64,000 nt of DNA from Myxococcota bacterium. GTDB lineage: Bacteria > Myxococcota_A > UBA9160 > JAFDDA01. The stretch's first letter is position 1. Each line of letters opens with the position of its first letter. The notes beneath the pieces are model-generated. The model did no database searches and was not told the origin of the DNA. It worked only from the letters and a program-made list of their open reading frames with translations. The stretch covers positions 3,616,001 through 3,680,000 of the forward strand of contig OZ245817.1 of assembly GCA_965228475.1 (NCBI GenBank). Direction: 5' to 3'. Both the position numbers and the translations under genes were made by a program. Shown here in pieces: positions 36,264-47,000 of this stretch.

Positions 36264-37427
36264 ATGCCCGCGTCCCACAGTGCGCCCCCCGGCCCGGCCG
36301 ACGAGATCGCCGTCGTCGCCGCGATCCAATCGGCCGCGCTCGACCCGGAGCATTGGCACGAAACGCTCGCCCTCCTCGACCGGACCCTCGGCGGCTCGAC
36401 CGTCGCGTTGCACTTCTCCTTCCCCGCGCCCGGCGAGCCGGTGCGCGCCTTCATGCACGGCTACGACCCGGCGAAGATCGTGGAGTGGGAGGAGCACCTG
36501 CGCGAGGTGGATCCCTGGGTCCGCGACATCCAGCGCGGGCTGCTGCCCGAGGGCAAGGCCCTGTTCTCCCTCGTGCCCCACGAGGAATTCCGGGCCAGCG
36601 AGTTCAGTGCGGACTTCCTCGAACCTCAGGAGCTGCGCCCGTTCGACAGCGTCGCGGTGGCGCTCGACGGAAGCGGCCCCGACATGCGCGCGGCGCTCGG
36701 CCTGACTCCCAAGAAGGGCTCGCCGGTGCGCGGGGCGGACGAGCTCGCCTTCATCCAACGCCTCGTTCCCCACCTCCGGAACGGCGTCGCGCTCTCCCGC
36801 CTCGTCTCCGGCTTCGAGCCGTCTCTCGACGTCCTCGACACCCTGACCGCGGGGCTTGCCCTGCTCGACGAGCGCGGCCACGTCTGTGCGGCCAACCGCG
36901 CGCTGCGCGAGCGCGCCGAGCGACGCGACGGGCTGCGCATCGAACGCGGCAGGCTCGAGGCGGAAGGCGCGCGCGACCGAGGGTCCCTCGCCCGGGCGTT
37001 GGCGGACGTCCTGCGTCCGGCCGAAGCGATCCCTTCGGGTGCGACGGTCCGCATGGGCGACGAGCGGCGCCCTTTCGTCTTGCACACCTTCCCCGTTCCC
37101 CGACGCGAAGCGCCCCCCGGCTGGGTGGGCCCCTTCGGCGCCGCCGCGGGGGTCTGGGTGATGGATCCGAGCACGGGCGCGCCGGCCTCGGCCGACGTGC
37201 TCGGCGCGGCCTTCGGCCTCACCCCCGCCGAAGCGCGGACCGCCGCGATCCTCGCCGAAGGGCGCGCGCCCGCCGACGTCGCGGACGCGCTCGCCATCAC
37301 CCGGAACACCGCGCGCGAGTACACCAAACGGGTGCTCTCGAAGGCGGGCGCGCGACGCCAGCCGGAGCTCGTCCGCCGCCTGATCTCGGTGCTGCCCCCC
37401 GCACGCCTCGAAGACGAAGACCGCTAG
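36264..37427 (+). CDS. LuxR-type HTH regulator with N-terminal GAF/PAS-like region
   Basis: AGLALLDERGHVCAAN (PAS-like); FGLTPAEARTA..AEG..TRNTAREYTKRVLSK..RQPELV. Confidence 0.88.
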   Translation: MPASHSAPPGPADEIAVVAAIQSAALDPEHWHETLALLDRTLGGSTVALHFSFPAPGEPVRAFMHGYDPAKIVEWEEHLREVDPWVRDIQRGLLPEGKALFSLVPHEEFRASEFSADFLEPQELRPFDSVAVALDGSGPDMRAALGLTPKKGSPVRGADELAFIQRLVPHLRNGVALSRLVSGFEPSLDVLDTLTAGLALLDERGHVCAANRALRERAERRDGLRIERGRLEAEGARDRGSLARALADVLRPAEAIPSGATVRMGDERRPFVLHTFPVPRREAPPGWVGPFGAAAGVWVMDPSTGAPASADVLGAAFGLTPAEARTAAILAEGRAPADVADALAITRNTAREYTKRVLSKAGARRQPELVRRLISVLPPARLEDEDR

Positions 37428-38584
37428 TGGACGCGCGCCTCGGCGACCAGCAGCTCCTCCTCCGGGATTCCGCGCGGGATTTTCTCGCGCGCGAATGTCC
37501 GATGGCTTACGTGCGCGAGATGATGGAGCACCCGGCCGGAACGACGGAGGCGTTCTGGGGAAAGCTCGTCGAGCTCGGCTGGACGGGACTCGTCCTCCCG
37601 GAGGCCGTCGGCGGTGCCGGGCTCGGCTGGCTCGACCTCGCGGTCGTCCTCGAGGAAGCCGGCGCCGCGCTCCTCCCGGGGCCGTACTTCTCGTCGCTGG
37701 TGCTCGGCGCCGGATCCATCGCTGCGGCGGGCGATGCCGCGCAGCGCGAGCGTCTGCTTCCGCCCCTCGCGCGCGGCGAACGCCGCGCGACCCTGGCCCT
37801 CGCCGAGCCCGGAGGGGGCGCGCTCGGGCCGATCTCGCTCTGCGCCCGCCCGGCGGACGGCGGCATCCGCCTCACCGGACAGAAGGTCTTCGTACCGGAC
37901 GGCGCCCACGCCGACGAGATCGTCGTCGCCGCGCGGCGGGATCACGCGGACGGGCCGCTGCTGCTCGCCCGGATCCCGAGCGACCGCAGCGGCCTGCGAG
38001 CCCGCCCGGTCGCCTTCACGGATGAGACGCGCAAACTCGCGGAACTCGAGCTGCACGAGGTGTTCGTTCCGGAGGAAGACGTGCTCGGCGGCGAGACCGA
38101 CGCAGAAGCGACGCTCTCCCGCGCCCTCGACCGGGCACGCGTCGCGCTCGTCGCGGAGATGACCGGCCTGGCCGCCCGGGTCCTCGATCTCTCGGTCGCC
38201 TTCGCGCGCACCCGCGAACAGTTCGGCCAGCCGATCGGGAGCTTCCAGGCCATCCAGCACAAGTGCGCCGACATGCTCCTGCGCGTCGAGAACCTCCGGT
38301 CGGCCACCTGGGCCGCCGCCTGGGCCCTCGACGAAGACGAAGCCTCCGCCCACGAGGCCGCGTGCATGGCCCAGGCCTACGCTTCTTCCGCTTGCAGCGC
38401 CGTCGCCGCCGAGGGCATCCAGATCCACGGCGGGCTCGGCTACACCTGGGAACAGGATCTCCATCTCTACTACAAACGTGCGAAGGCCGTTGAAGCCGCT
38501 CTCGGCGACGGCAGCGAGCACCGCGAGCGCGTCGCCGCGCTCGTTCTCGACGGACCCGATCGGAAGACCGGGACCTCGGGGTAG
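37427..38584 (+). CDS. Acyl-CoA dehydrogenase family protein, probable non-catalytic beta-type subunit
   Basis: GTG shares 1 bp with the upstream TAG; REQFGQPIGSFQAIQH, IQIHGGLGYTWE; reduced ALAEPGG motif. Confidence 0.9.
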   Translation: MDARLGDQQLLLRDSARDFLARECPMAYVREMMEHPAGTTEAFWGKLVELGWTGLVLPEAVGGAGLGWLDLAVVLEEAGAALLPGPYFSSLVLGAGSIAAAGDAAQRERLLPPLARGERRATLALAEPGGGALGPISLCARPADGGIRLTGQKVFVPDGAHADEIVVAARRDHADGPLLLARIPSDRSGLRARPVAFTDETRKLAELELHEVFVPEEDVLGGETDAEATLSRALDRARVALVAEMTGLAARVLDLSVAFARTREQFGQPIGSFQAIQHKCADMLLRVENLRSATWAAAWALDEDEASAHEAACMAQAYASSACSAVAAEGIQIHGGLGYTWEQDLHLYYKRAKAVEAALGDGSEHRERVAALVLDGPDRKTGTSG

Positions 38585-38593
38585 ACTCGCTCG

Positions 38594-39469
38594 ATGCCCG
38601 AAACACAGCCGGCTGATTTCCTCGCGGACTCCGAGATCCGGTTCGACGACGGCGCCGAGATCGGACGGGTCGACCTCTCGCCCCGCTGGGCCGTCTGGGG
38701 GCCGAACGGGGGCTACCTCGCCGCCATCGCCCTGCGCGCCGCGATGGCGCGCAGCCGGCTCCCGCGGCCGGCGAGCTTCCACTGCCACTTCCTCGCCATC
38801 GGGGAGTTCGCACCGGCAGCGCTGCACGTCTCGACGCAGGGAGGAGGCAAACGGGCCGAGTCCCTTCGCGTGGAGATCGTGCAGGAAGGGCGAACCCTGC
38901 TCTCCGCTTCCGTCTGGATGGTCGACGAGGGCCTCGGCGGGTACACCCACGACTTCGGTAGGGCGCCGGCAGTCCCGCCTCCGGGCGACCTGCGCAGCTA
39001 CCACGATCTCGTCGACAACTACGACGAGTGGTATCCGATCTGGCGAAGCATGGAGGGCCGGCCCACGCGGTGGCAGGAAGGCCACCCGGAACCCGGAGAA
39101 CCCGTCTCCCGGACCTGGCTCCGCTTCACCGGCACACCGATTCCCGACGCGCGGGCCGACGCCCTGCGCCAGCTGTTCTGGCTCGACTACCCGGGCTGGA
39201 ACGCGACCATCGCCGCACACCGCTGGCCCTTCCCGTACCTCACGCCCAACCTGGACCTGAACGTCCAGTTCCACCGCTTCGCACCGGAAGCGGACTGGAT
39301 GCTCGCCGACGGGAACGTCTGGGTCGCCGAGGACGGCCTCGTCGGATGCGTCTCACGCCTCTGGTCCGAAGACGGGCGGCTGCTCGCCTCCGCGACGTCG
39401 AACCATTCGTGCCGGCCCAACCCGCAGTACGAGCAGGACCTGGCCGAGGCGCGGGCGCAGGAGCGCTGA
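38594..39469 (+). CDS. TesB-like double-hotdog thioesterase
   Basis: WGPNGGYLAA, NLDLNVQFH, LWSEDGRLLAS. Confidence 0.85.
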   Translation: MPETQPADFLADSEIRFDDGAEIGRVDLSPRWAVWGPNGGYLAAIALRAAMARSRLPRPASFHCHFLAIGEFAPAALHVSTQGGGKRAESLRVEIVQEGRTLLSASVWMVDEGLGGYTHDFGRAPAVPPPGDLRSYHDLVDNYDEWYPIWRSMEGRPTRWQEGHPEPGEPVSRTWLRFTGTPIPDARADALRQLFWLDYPGWNATIAAHRWPFPYLTPNLDLNVQFHRFAPEADWMLADGNVWVAEDGLVGCVSRLWSEDGRLLASATSNHSCRPNPQYEQDLAEARAQER

Positions 39470-39475
39470 GGCCCG

Positions 39476-40945
39476 TCAGCTTGCGCGGAAGGTGCCGTCG
39501 GCGGAGACGCGCACGGTCCGGCCGCACCACTCCTCCGCCATGCAGGCGGCCAGCAGGGACGGGTCTTCGCTCGCTGCGACGGTCCGGTCGCCGTTCTCGA
39601 GGTCGCAGACGGCGATGGCGCGCTTCGGGGCGCCGGCCTCGTGGAGCAGGGTGTAGCCCCCGACCCGAGCCGCCCCCTCGAACCGGCCGTCGAGACGCCG
39701 GACCCGCGTCGCGGCGGCGACCTCTTCGCTCACGTCGTCGAAGGCGAAGGGCGCCGAGGGCGCTTCGGTCGAGAGGGCCAGGAACCCCTGCTTGGTGAAC
39801 ATCCCGCTCACCGCGGTCACGAGGCCCGTCGCATCGGCCGATTCGCGCAGGAGGCCCGCCATGCGCGCCGTCGCCTGCAGCACGTAGTTGTTCACGGGAC
39901 CGCCCGCGAAGGGCATCCCGCCCGTGACGGTGAAGGGCCCCTCGCTGCGGCCGAGGGCGCGCGCGAGAAAGCGAACGGCGACCGGGAAGCAGCTGTAGAG
40001 ATCGACGTGGGTGAAGTCGGCCGGCGCGACGCCCGACGCTTCGCACACGCGCTCGGCCGCGATGCGCGCGGCCTCGCTCTCGAAGAGCACGTCACGCTCG
40101 CAGACGGCGGCCATGTGGTTCGACTCGCTCGCGGCGAGCGGATGGATCGCGCGGTCCGGCGCGATGCCGAGCGCCTGCGCCCGCTCCGCCGAGCAGAACA
40201 GGAGCGCCGCCGCCTGGTCCACGTTCCAGCCCGAGGTGTGGAGCTTCGCGTAGGGGAAGGCGAGCATCGGATTCGCGGTGCCGGGCGTCGCGATCGTTTC
40301 GGCGGTGAAGGGGGCGCGGCGCCAGGCCTCGGGGTTGTCTTGGGCGACGCGGCTGAAACCTTCGTAGAGACGGCCGAGCCTCTCCGCGTGCTCGCCGATC
40401 CCGAGACCCTCCTTCGCGCGGAGCGCACTCTCGAGCAGGGCGTAGTAGCCGACCGGGAAACGCAGGCCGCGCTCCCACTCGATCTCCGCCCAGAGGGCGT
40501 CGTGCGGCCGCCACAGGTGGGTCGGCGCGACGTCGCGCTGCTGGGTCTCCTCGAGCTCGACGCCGGCGATCTCGGCCCGGAGGCTCCGGTACTTCGCCTC
40601 GCCCCCCACGACGAGGGCGACGTCGGCTTCCCCATCGCGAATCGCCCGGCACGCATCCGCAAGCAGGGTCGTCTGGAGGACGCCGAACTCGGCGAGGATC
40701 GTCTCCGCCCCGGCGGAGCCCAAACGCTCCGCGAGCAGCCGCCCCGGGTCCGGGTAGCTCCAGAAGCCACGCGGCACGGCGATGCGGTCCAGACGGCCGA
40801 GCAGCGCCGGCGCCCCCGCGTCCTCGGCCGCGGCGCGCACGGCTTCTTCCATCAGCGCAACGGGCTCGAGGGCGTCGCGTGCGTCTTCGCAGCGGCGGGT
40901 GGCCGTTCCGGCGCCGACCAGGAGCGGGGTGCGCGAGTCGATCAG
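39476..40945 (-). CDS. Thiolase-like protein with extra C-terminal domain
   Basis: TPLLVGAG, AFPYAKLH..NVDQAAA, DLYSCFP, TVTGGMPFAGGPVNNY; probable CTG start after GGAGG. Confidence 0.85.
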   Translation of the reverse strand: MIDSRTPLLVGAGTATRRCEDARDALEPVALMEEAVRAAAEDAGAPALLGRLDRIAVPRGFWSYPDPGRLLAERLGSAGAETILAEFGVLQTTLLADACRAIRDGEADVALVVGGEAKYRSLRAEIAGVELEETQQRDVAPTHLWRPHDALWAEIEWERGLRFPVGYYALLESALRAKEGLGIGEHAERLGRLYEGFSRVAQDNPEAWRRAPFTAETIATPGTANPMLAFPYAKLHTSGWNVDQAAALLFCSAERAQALGIAPDRAIHPLAASESNHMAAVCERDVLFESEAARIAAERVCEASGVAPADFTHVDLYSCFPVAVRFLARALGRSEGPFTVTGGMPFAGGPVNNYVLQATARMAGLLRESADATGLVTAVSGMFTKQGFLALSTEAPSAPFAFDDVSEEVAAATRVRRLDGRFEGAARVGGYTLLHEAGAPKRAIAVCDLENGDRTVAASEDPSLLAACMAEEWCGRTVRVSADGTFRAS

Positions 40946-41757
40946 CCCGCCTCCCCGTAGAAGAGGCGCGCGGCGTTGCCGTGGAGGTAACCGTCGAGCA
41001 CTTCGGCGGGCAGGTCGAGCTTCCTCGCTTCCTCGATGCAGCGATCCATCTGGATCGCGGGATGATCGGAAGCGAAGATCACCTTGCCCTTCCCCCGCGT
41101 CCGCATGAAGTGGATCAGCTCGGGCGGCAGATACTTCGGGAGATAGGCCGACGTCATCAGGTGGAGGCCCGGATATTTGAGCATCAGGCGGATCGCGACG
41201 GCCCACCAAGGGTCGGCGCCGTGAGCCATCACCAGCTTCAACTCCGGGAAGTGCAGACAGACCTTGTCGAGATGCATCGGATGCTGGCACTCACCGGGGG
41301 CGGGGGGCCCGGGGATCCCCGTATTGATCGTGATCGGCAGATCGAGCTCGATGCACTTCGCGTACACCGGGTAGTAGACGGCGTCGTTCGGGGCGATGTC
41401 GAGATAGAAGGGCGTGATCCGGGCCAGCACGACGGGATGGTTCGCATGGAACGCCTCGAGCGCGCGGAGCGCCTTCATCCCGCGCCGCGGGTCGAGCTGA
41501 GCCCCGAGCGAAAAGCGCTCCGGGTGCTTCTCCGCGAACTGCAGCACGTGCGGCGAGGGCTTGCCCGGGTCCGTCGTCAGGATGGCGCGCTCGACGCCGC
41601 AGGCGTCCATGCGCTCGAGCGTCTCTTCGACCTCGTAGTTCCGGAAGAAGTCCTCGCCCTGCTTGAAGTACTGGCTCGCGACGGTGACCAGGTAGTCCGG
41701 GCGACCGAGCTCGGCCATGTTCACGTTCACCCAGGCGTCGATGACGCGTCCGCTCAT
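40942..41757 (-). CDS. Amidohydrolase_2 family protein
   Basis: YPVYAKCIELDLP, NTG, FPELKLVMAHG, TSAY, VIFASDHP; ATGA overlap. Confidence 0.9.
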   Translation of the reverse strand: MSGRVIDAWVNVNMAELGRPDYLVTVASQYFKQGEDFFRNYEVEETLERMDACGVERAILTTDPGKPSPHVLQFAEKHPERFSLGAQLDPRRGMKALRALEAFHANHPVVLARITPFYLDIAPNDAVYYPVYAKCIELDLPITINTGIPGPPAPGECQHPMHLDKVCLHFPELKLVMAHGADPWWAVAIRLMLKYPGLHLMTSAYLPKYLPPELIHFMRTRGKGKVIFASDHPAIQMDRCIEEARKLDLPAEVLDGYLHGNAARLFYGEAG

Positions 41758-42728
41758 CGGAGGCCGCCTCGCGAGGCCGCCTCGGCGGAGTGTTCGCTGA
41801 AGAACTGGGCGTACCACTTGCGATACGTGCGGAAGTGCTCGTCGCCTTCGGCGAGCACCGGGCGCTCCCAGAACGTCTTGTTCTCCCAGATCGGGATGTC
41901 CTGGGCCATCTGACGTTCGAGGTCCTTGATGATCGCGGCGCCGACGCCGCGCGCCGCGTCCGCCCCGCCCTGCTTCGAAACCGTGTAGGCGAAACTCACG
42001 TCCGTCGTCTCTTCGTCGAGGGGCGTCGCCGTGTTGATCATGAGCGTATCCACGATACCCGAGAGCCGCACGGCCTGGAGCGCCGGCCCGTAGTCCGTGG
42101 TGTAGATGCCGCCGGTGACCTCGCCCTTCGGCGTCCCGAGCTTCATGCGATTCTTCACGGAGAAGACGGGGCCCTCGGCGTGGACTTCGCTCTCCGGGAT
42201 GGTGTGTGCGCCGTGGACGTACTTGAAGTGGACGCCATCGACGCAGTTCTCGTTCATGTCGAGCCAGCGCGCCCGCACCGTCCAGTGGCGGACCTCGAGG
42301 GGCGTCCAATCGGGCGAGCCGACCTCCTCGAACTCCGGCACCTCGTAGGCGGGCGGCCGTCCCTCGGCGTCGTGGTGAAGGAAGACGATCCCGTTGCGCT
42401 CGCAGGTCCGCCACGCCCGGAGCCGGGCCTTCGGCGGGATCTTCTTCGCGTAGGGGACGTGTTCGCAGCGCCCGTCCGGCCCGAACTCCCAGGCGTGGAA
42501 CGGACAGCGCACCCGGTTTCCGCCGACGACCCGTCCGCCGTGGCCGAGGTGCGCCCCGAGGTGCGGACAGAAGGCATCGAGCACGTGCGCCGCGCCCTCG
42601 GCGTCGCGGTAGGCGATGAGTTCCCGGCCGAGCCGGCGGAACGCCGCGACCTCACCGGCCTCGATCTCCTCGGCGTAGGCGAGGCGGAACCAGCCGTTGG
42701 CGTAGGCGGGGAACGGGTAGCGGCTCAT
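41754..42728 (-). CDS. Rieske non-heme iron oxygenase, KshA/Neverland-like
   Basis: CPHLGAHL..CPFHAW; NENCVDGVHFKYVH; QDIPIWENK; ATG 42728. Confidence 0.9.
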   Translation of the reverse strand: MSRYPFPAYANGWFRLAYAEEIEAGEVAAFRRLGRELIAYRDAEGAAHVLDAFCPHLGAHLGHGGRVVGGNRVRCPFHAWEFGPDGRCEHVPYAKKIPPKARLRAWRTCERNGIVFLHHDAEGRPPAYEVPEFEEVGSPDWTPLEVRHWTVRARWLDMNENCVDGVHFKYVHGAHTIPESEVHAEGPVFSVKNRMKLGTPKGEVTGGIYTTDYGPALQAVRLSGIVDTLMINTATPLDEETTDVSFAYTVSKQGGADAARGVGAAIIKDLERQMAQDIPIWENKTFWERPVLAEGDEHFRTYRKWYAQFFSEHSAEAASRGGLR

Positions 42729-42751
42729 CGCGTCCTCGGCGGGCCCGGCAA

Positions 42752-42772
42752 AATCTGACGGACCGTCAGATT
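42752..42772. promoter_or_regulatory. TCTGAC-N5-GTCAGA operator, copy 2
   Basis: AATCTGACGG-A-CCGTCAGATT; overlaps a minus-strand TTGCCG-17bp-TCCAAT promoter candidate (42798-42770). Confidence 0.8.
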
Positions 42773-42816
42773 GGACCATATCCGCCTTCGTTCGGCAATC
42801 CGGGCGGATCTCGCGG

Positions 42817-44055
42817 TCAATGGTCGGACGGGCCCCGCCCCAGCAGGAACCCCGCGAGCGCACGGATCGTCGGGTCTTCGTGGGAATCGGCGAGCGCGCG
42901 GAGGGCGCGGCTGCCTTCGGGGCCCGCGAAGGCCAGGGCGAGGACGGCTCCCCGCGCGGCCTTGGCCGGCCCGGTGCGGATCTTCTCGACGAGCGGCGGC
43001 ACCACCGGCGCGCCGAGCTCCCCGAGCGCCCGGGCGGCCGCCGCACCCTCGGCTCCGTTCGGGCTCGCGAGAAACGGCTCGACGTCCGCCAGCGCCCACA
43101 CGCCCTTGCGCTCGACGAGCGCCCGGATCGCCGCGGCACGGACCTCGGCCACCGGATCCTCGAGCCCCTTGCGCAGCGCCGCATCCGGGAGACCCGCCGC
43201 GGCATGGGTGAACGCCGCCGCACGCACGTCCGCCTCTTCGCGCGCCAGCCACCCCCGCGCCTGCTCCGCGCTCGGCACGTTCCCGAGCCCGATCCAGGCC
43301 GCGATCGCCTCCGCCGCCAGCGGTTTCCCCTTCGCGAACTGGGCGCGAACGTCGTCCGAAAAGACCGCGAGCTTCCGCTCGGCGATCACTTCGAGCCAGC
43401 GCGCACGGAGTGCGGGCGTGCGCTCCTCCGAGACGAGGAGCGCGCGAAGCGAGGCGAGCGCCGCAGGGGAGAGGCCCTGGCCGAGGCCCGGCGTCGCGGC
43501 GAGACGCTCGAGGGCGGAATGGGCGAGCGCCGGCGCGCCCTGCACCGTCAACGCCGCGAGCGGCGTTCGGGCATCGGCGGAGCCGGAGAGAACCGCGGCG
43601 AGGCCCTCGATGCTCGGGGCGTCGGGGTTCCGCAGGAAGGCACGGCCCCGGTCGGCCACCGCGAGGGCCGACGCGCCCTCGAGGCGCGTCCGCCAGATCG
43701 ACCAGCCCGGGAGCGGCTCGAGGGCGACCAGGATCCGTGTGCCCGGATCGAAACGACGCGGGCGCTCGCGGGCCAGCTCCTCCCAGGCGATCGCGAGGGT
43801 GGCACCGGGCGTCGTCTCCCCGCGCAGGACGGTCTCGACGCGGAGCCCGGCCCGATGCGCCACCTCGTCGAGCGCTTCGACCGGTCCGACTTCGCCGACG
43901 ACGACGTACGGGGCTTCGAGCGACGCCTCGAGCAGGCCGCTTCCCGCGGCCGGCACCTTCGCGGCCGCGCCCGAACGCTCTTCGGCCGAAGCACTCCCGA
44001 GTGCCAGGACGAGAAGCAGCCCCAGGCCGGCGCGATGAACGAAGCCTCGGGTCAG
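42817..44055 (-). CDS. Exported HEAT-repeat protein
   Basis: Signal peptide GLGLLLVLALGSASA; repeats ADVRAAAF, DPVAEVRAAAIRAL, AAAARALGELG; probable CTG start. Confidence 0.7.
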   Translation of the reverse strand: MTRGFVHRAGLGLLLVLALGSASAEERSGAAAKVPAAGSGLLEASLEAPYVVVGEVGPVEALDEVAHRAGLRVETVLRGETTPGATLAIAWEELARERPRRFDPGTRILVALEPLPGWSIWRTRLEGASALAVADRGRAFLRNPDAPSIEGLAAVLSGSADARTPLAALTVQGAPALAHSALERLAATPGLGQGLSPAALASLRALLVSEERTPALRARWLEVIAERKLAVFSDDVRAQFAKGKPLAAEAIAAWIGLGNVPSAEQARGWLAREEADVRAAAFTHAAAGLPDAALRKGLEDPVAEVRAAAIRALVERKGVWALADVEPFLASPNGAEGAAAARALGELGAPVVPPLVEKIRTGPAKAARGAVLALAFAGPEGSRALRALADSHEDPTIRALAGFLLGRGPSDH

Positions 44056-47000
44056 GGCGCGAGCCTGACGCCCGGCGCGTCGAAGCCCGGGTTGCCGTCG
44101 ACGTCGGCGTAGAGCGCGTTGGTCGCGCCGAGCGCGAGGACGCCGCTCTCGCCGAGATTCCCGTCGAGCAGGTCGGCCAGGGTTCCGTTCCCGCCCTGCG
44201 AGAGGCTGCTCGGGTAGACCGGGAACATCGGCTCCGAGACACCGTCGGTGCCGCGCACGATCACCACGAACCAGGTGTCCTCGCCGAGGCTGTAGGGCAG
44301 CTCGAGTTGGAGTTCCTGGCGCGCCGCCCCGGGGATGCCCGCATCCACCACGACCGGCGGCGGCAGGACGAAGTCGACGCCCGCAACGAGCGTCGCCGTC
44401 GGCGCCGCGTTGAAGGCGACCGGCGTTCCGCCCGAGGTGCCGCTCACCGAGGTTTCCGCGTTCGCGTAGATCTCGACGGTGTCGAAGGACGCCCAGACCG
44501 GAGCCTGGACGTCGATCACGAGGATCACGTCCCCGTCGCCCGCGGTGTCGAGCGTGGTCGATCCGCCGAGGGCGAGGCTCGCCTCGTTCGACGGCGTGTC
44601 CGCTTCGCGAAGGCGGGTCTGCACGTAGAGGCCCTGCCCGCCCGTCGAACGGCCGGTGAGGACCGCCTCGCCGACGTCGTCGGGATCGATCAGCGACGGA
44701 TCGTCGGTCGGCGACGCCGTCCAGCTCCGCGCCCCGGCCGTTCGCAGGTTCAGGAAGGTGTGCGTGTCCGTGTCGGCGATGAAGGTCGTCGGATAGCCCT
44801 GGTTCAGCAGGTTCATCCACACCCCGATCCGCCCGAAGCGGAACTCGTTCTGGGCGCCACGGGTCGAGCCGTTCCACAGCTCGAGCGCCGGGAAGGGGTG
44901 GAAGTAGTTCGTGACCGCCGGGTCGAGCCGGAAGGCCGCCGCCTCCGCCGGGGTGATGAACGACTGCGGCGGCTCCGCGGACGTATCGATCTGGAGCGGA
45001 GCGAAGTGGCTGTTGATGTGGTTGATCTGGACCGCGACCGAGTTCGAGGTGTTCTGCGGCAGCCCGTTCGAATCCACCTGGTTCAACACCTTGTCGTGGA
45101 TCTCTTCCGGCGAAAGGATGTAGCTCCCGAAGGCGGGGAAGTCCTGGCCGGGGGGAGCGGAGCCGCCCCAGTCCGTCGAGCCGCCGGAGGGGCGCGCCGG
45201 GTCGAGACCCAGCGGATAGGCGTTGTAGTGACCGGTGTCGAAGGTGGTGATCTCCTCGCCCGTGGTCCCCGTCAGCCAGGCGCCGAGGCCCTCGGCCGCG
45301 ATGGCCGGGTTCGGGTCCGTGCGGGAGTCATGATCCGTGGCCACGAAGTTCTCGACGCCCTCCCCTGCGAACTGCTCCACGCGGTTCAGCAAGCTGATGC
45401 GGGAATCCGGGCTGTTGGTGGAGTGGACGTGGAAGTCCGAAGAGACGAAGCCCGGCGTCTCGAGCACGCGCGTCAGCGCGGCCGCGACGCTGGCGGTCAC
45501 GCCGGCCTGGATCGTCACGGGCTCGCGGTGGAGCGAGTACTCCGTGCCGCGGGAAACCGCGATCTCGTAGCTCCCAGGCTCGACGTCGAACTCGACGATG
45601 CCGTCGGCGCCCGTGTACTTCACCGCGCTGACGCCGAAGGGGAGCGGGTCCTTCGTGATGTCGTTGAACGTGCCTCCGTCGTCGATGAAGAAGCCGAGGA
45701 AGTTGAACGTGATGCGCGGCTCCGGGCTCGGGTCGAAGCCGACCACGGTCACGCGCGCCGGGAGGGACTTGTCCGCGCCGGGGCGGTTCGGATCCACGAC
45801 GGCCACGCGAAGGCGGCCCGTCGCCGGGAGCGCGATGTCCTGGACCACGGCTCCGCCGTCGGCCACCACGATCGGGTGGAGGAGCGGAGTCGTGCCGCCG
45901 CCTTCGTAGGGCGCCCCCTCCTGGGCGGCCGCTACGGAGTAGCTCCCGACGGGCACGCGCCCCGAGTAGCAGCCCGCCGCATCGGTCACGAAGGAGGTCG
46001 TCAGCTCCGCGATCAGCCCGCCCGATTCCGGACCCACCGCGACGCGAGCACCGGGCGCCGGCGCGCCACCGACGGTCACGCAGCCGGAGAGCGTTCCGAA
46101 CTGGGCGCCGAGCAGCTCGATCTCCGCGTCGATGATCTCCGAGGCCCCGCCGGTGCCGACGAGGAACACGCGGCTGTAGCCCTGGCTCTCGCCCGGAGCG
46201 ATCTCGATGGTCGGCGGATCCGCCCCGGGGAGCAGGAGGTTCGGAACGGAGTTCTCGGACAGGATGAACGAGACCCCCGAGGTGCTGAAGCTCGAGTCCG
46301 AGAGCCCGCTGCCGAGCGAGGGCAGACCGATCCGGCCGTAGGAGACGCCCTCCGCCTGTCCGAAGCCGAAGTAGGAGAAGCTCGAGAGGCCGGGGATGGC
46401 GGTCAGCTCCCCGATCCCGGCGTCGAAGAACAGGCTGCTCGGTCCGTCCAGCTTCGTGTACTGCTCGAGCTCACCCATGCCGTTGATGTAGTCGCCGGGG
46501 AAGAGGCCGATGGGGTCGGGGCCGTTGTTGAAGAACGTCGTCGTCACGAGCACGCGGTTTCCGGGCTCGCCGCTGCGGCGCGGCTCCAGCTCGTAGCGCG
46601 TGCAGCCCTCGACGTCGTAGTCCTGATCGTCGATGCCGGGCGGAAGCTCCACGCCGAAGTTCGCCACCTGGCCCGAAGCGTTGATGTAGTCGATCAGATC
46701 GTCGGGGCCGCAGCTCTCGACGATCGCCGCCGTGCCGTCCTGTCCGTCGTTCAGGACCACGACGCTCGTCGCGTTGATCACGGTTTCGACGTTGACCGAG
46801 GGCGCCATCTCGAAGAAGTTGTCGCGGCCGGGATCGGAGAGCAGCTCGGCGTCGATCAGGTTCCCACCGTACTGGCCGATCGAGTAGAGGTCGCGAACGT
46901 TGGCCTGCTGGACCACGAAGCGCGCGACGTCGTTGCGCAGCATGAAGTCGCCCTTGCGGTTGTGCGCGAGCGGGCCCGTCAAGAGGTCGGCCGGGTCCGT

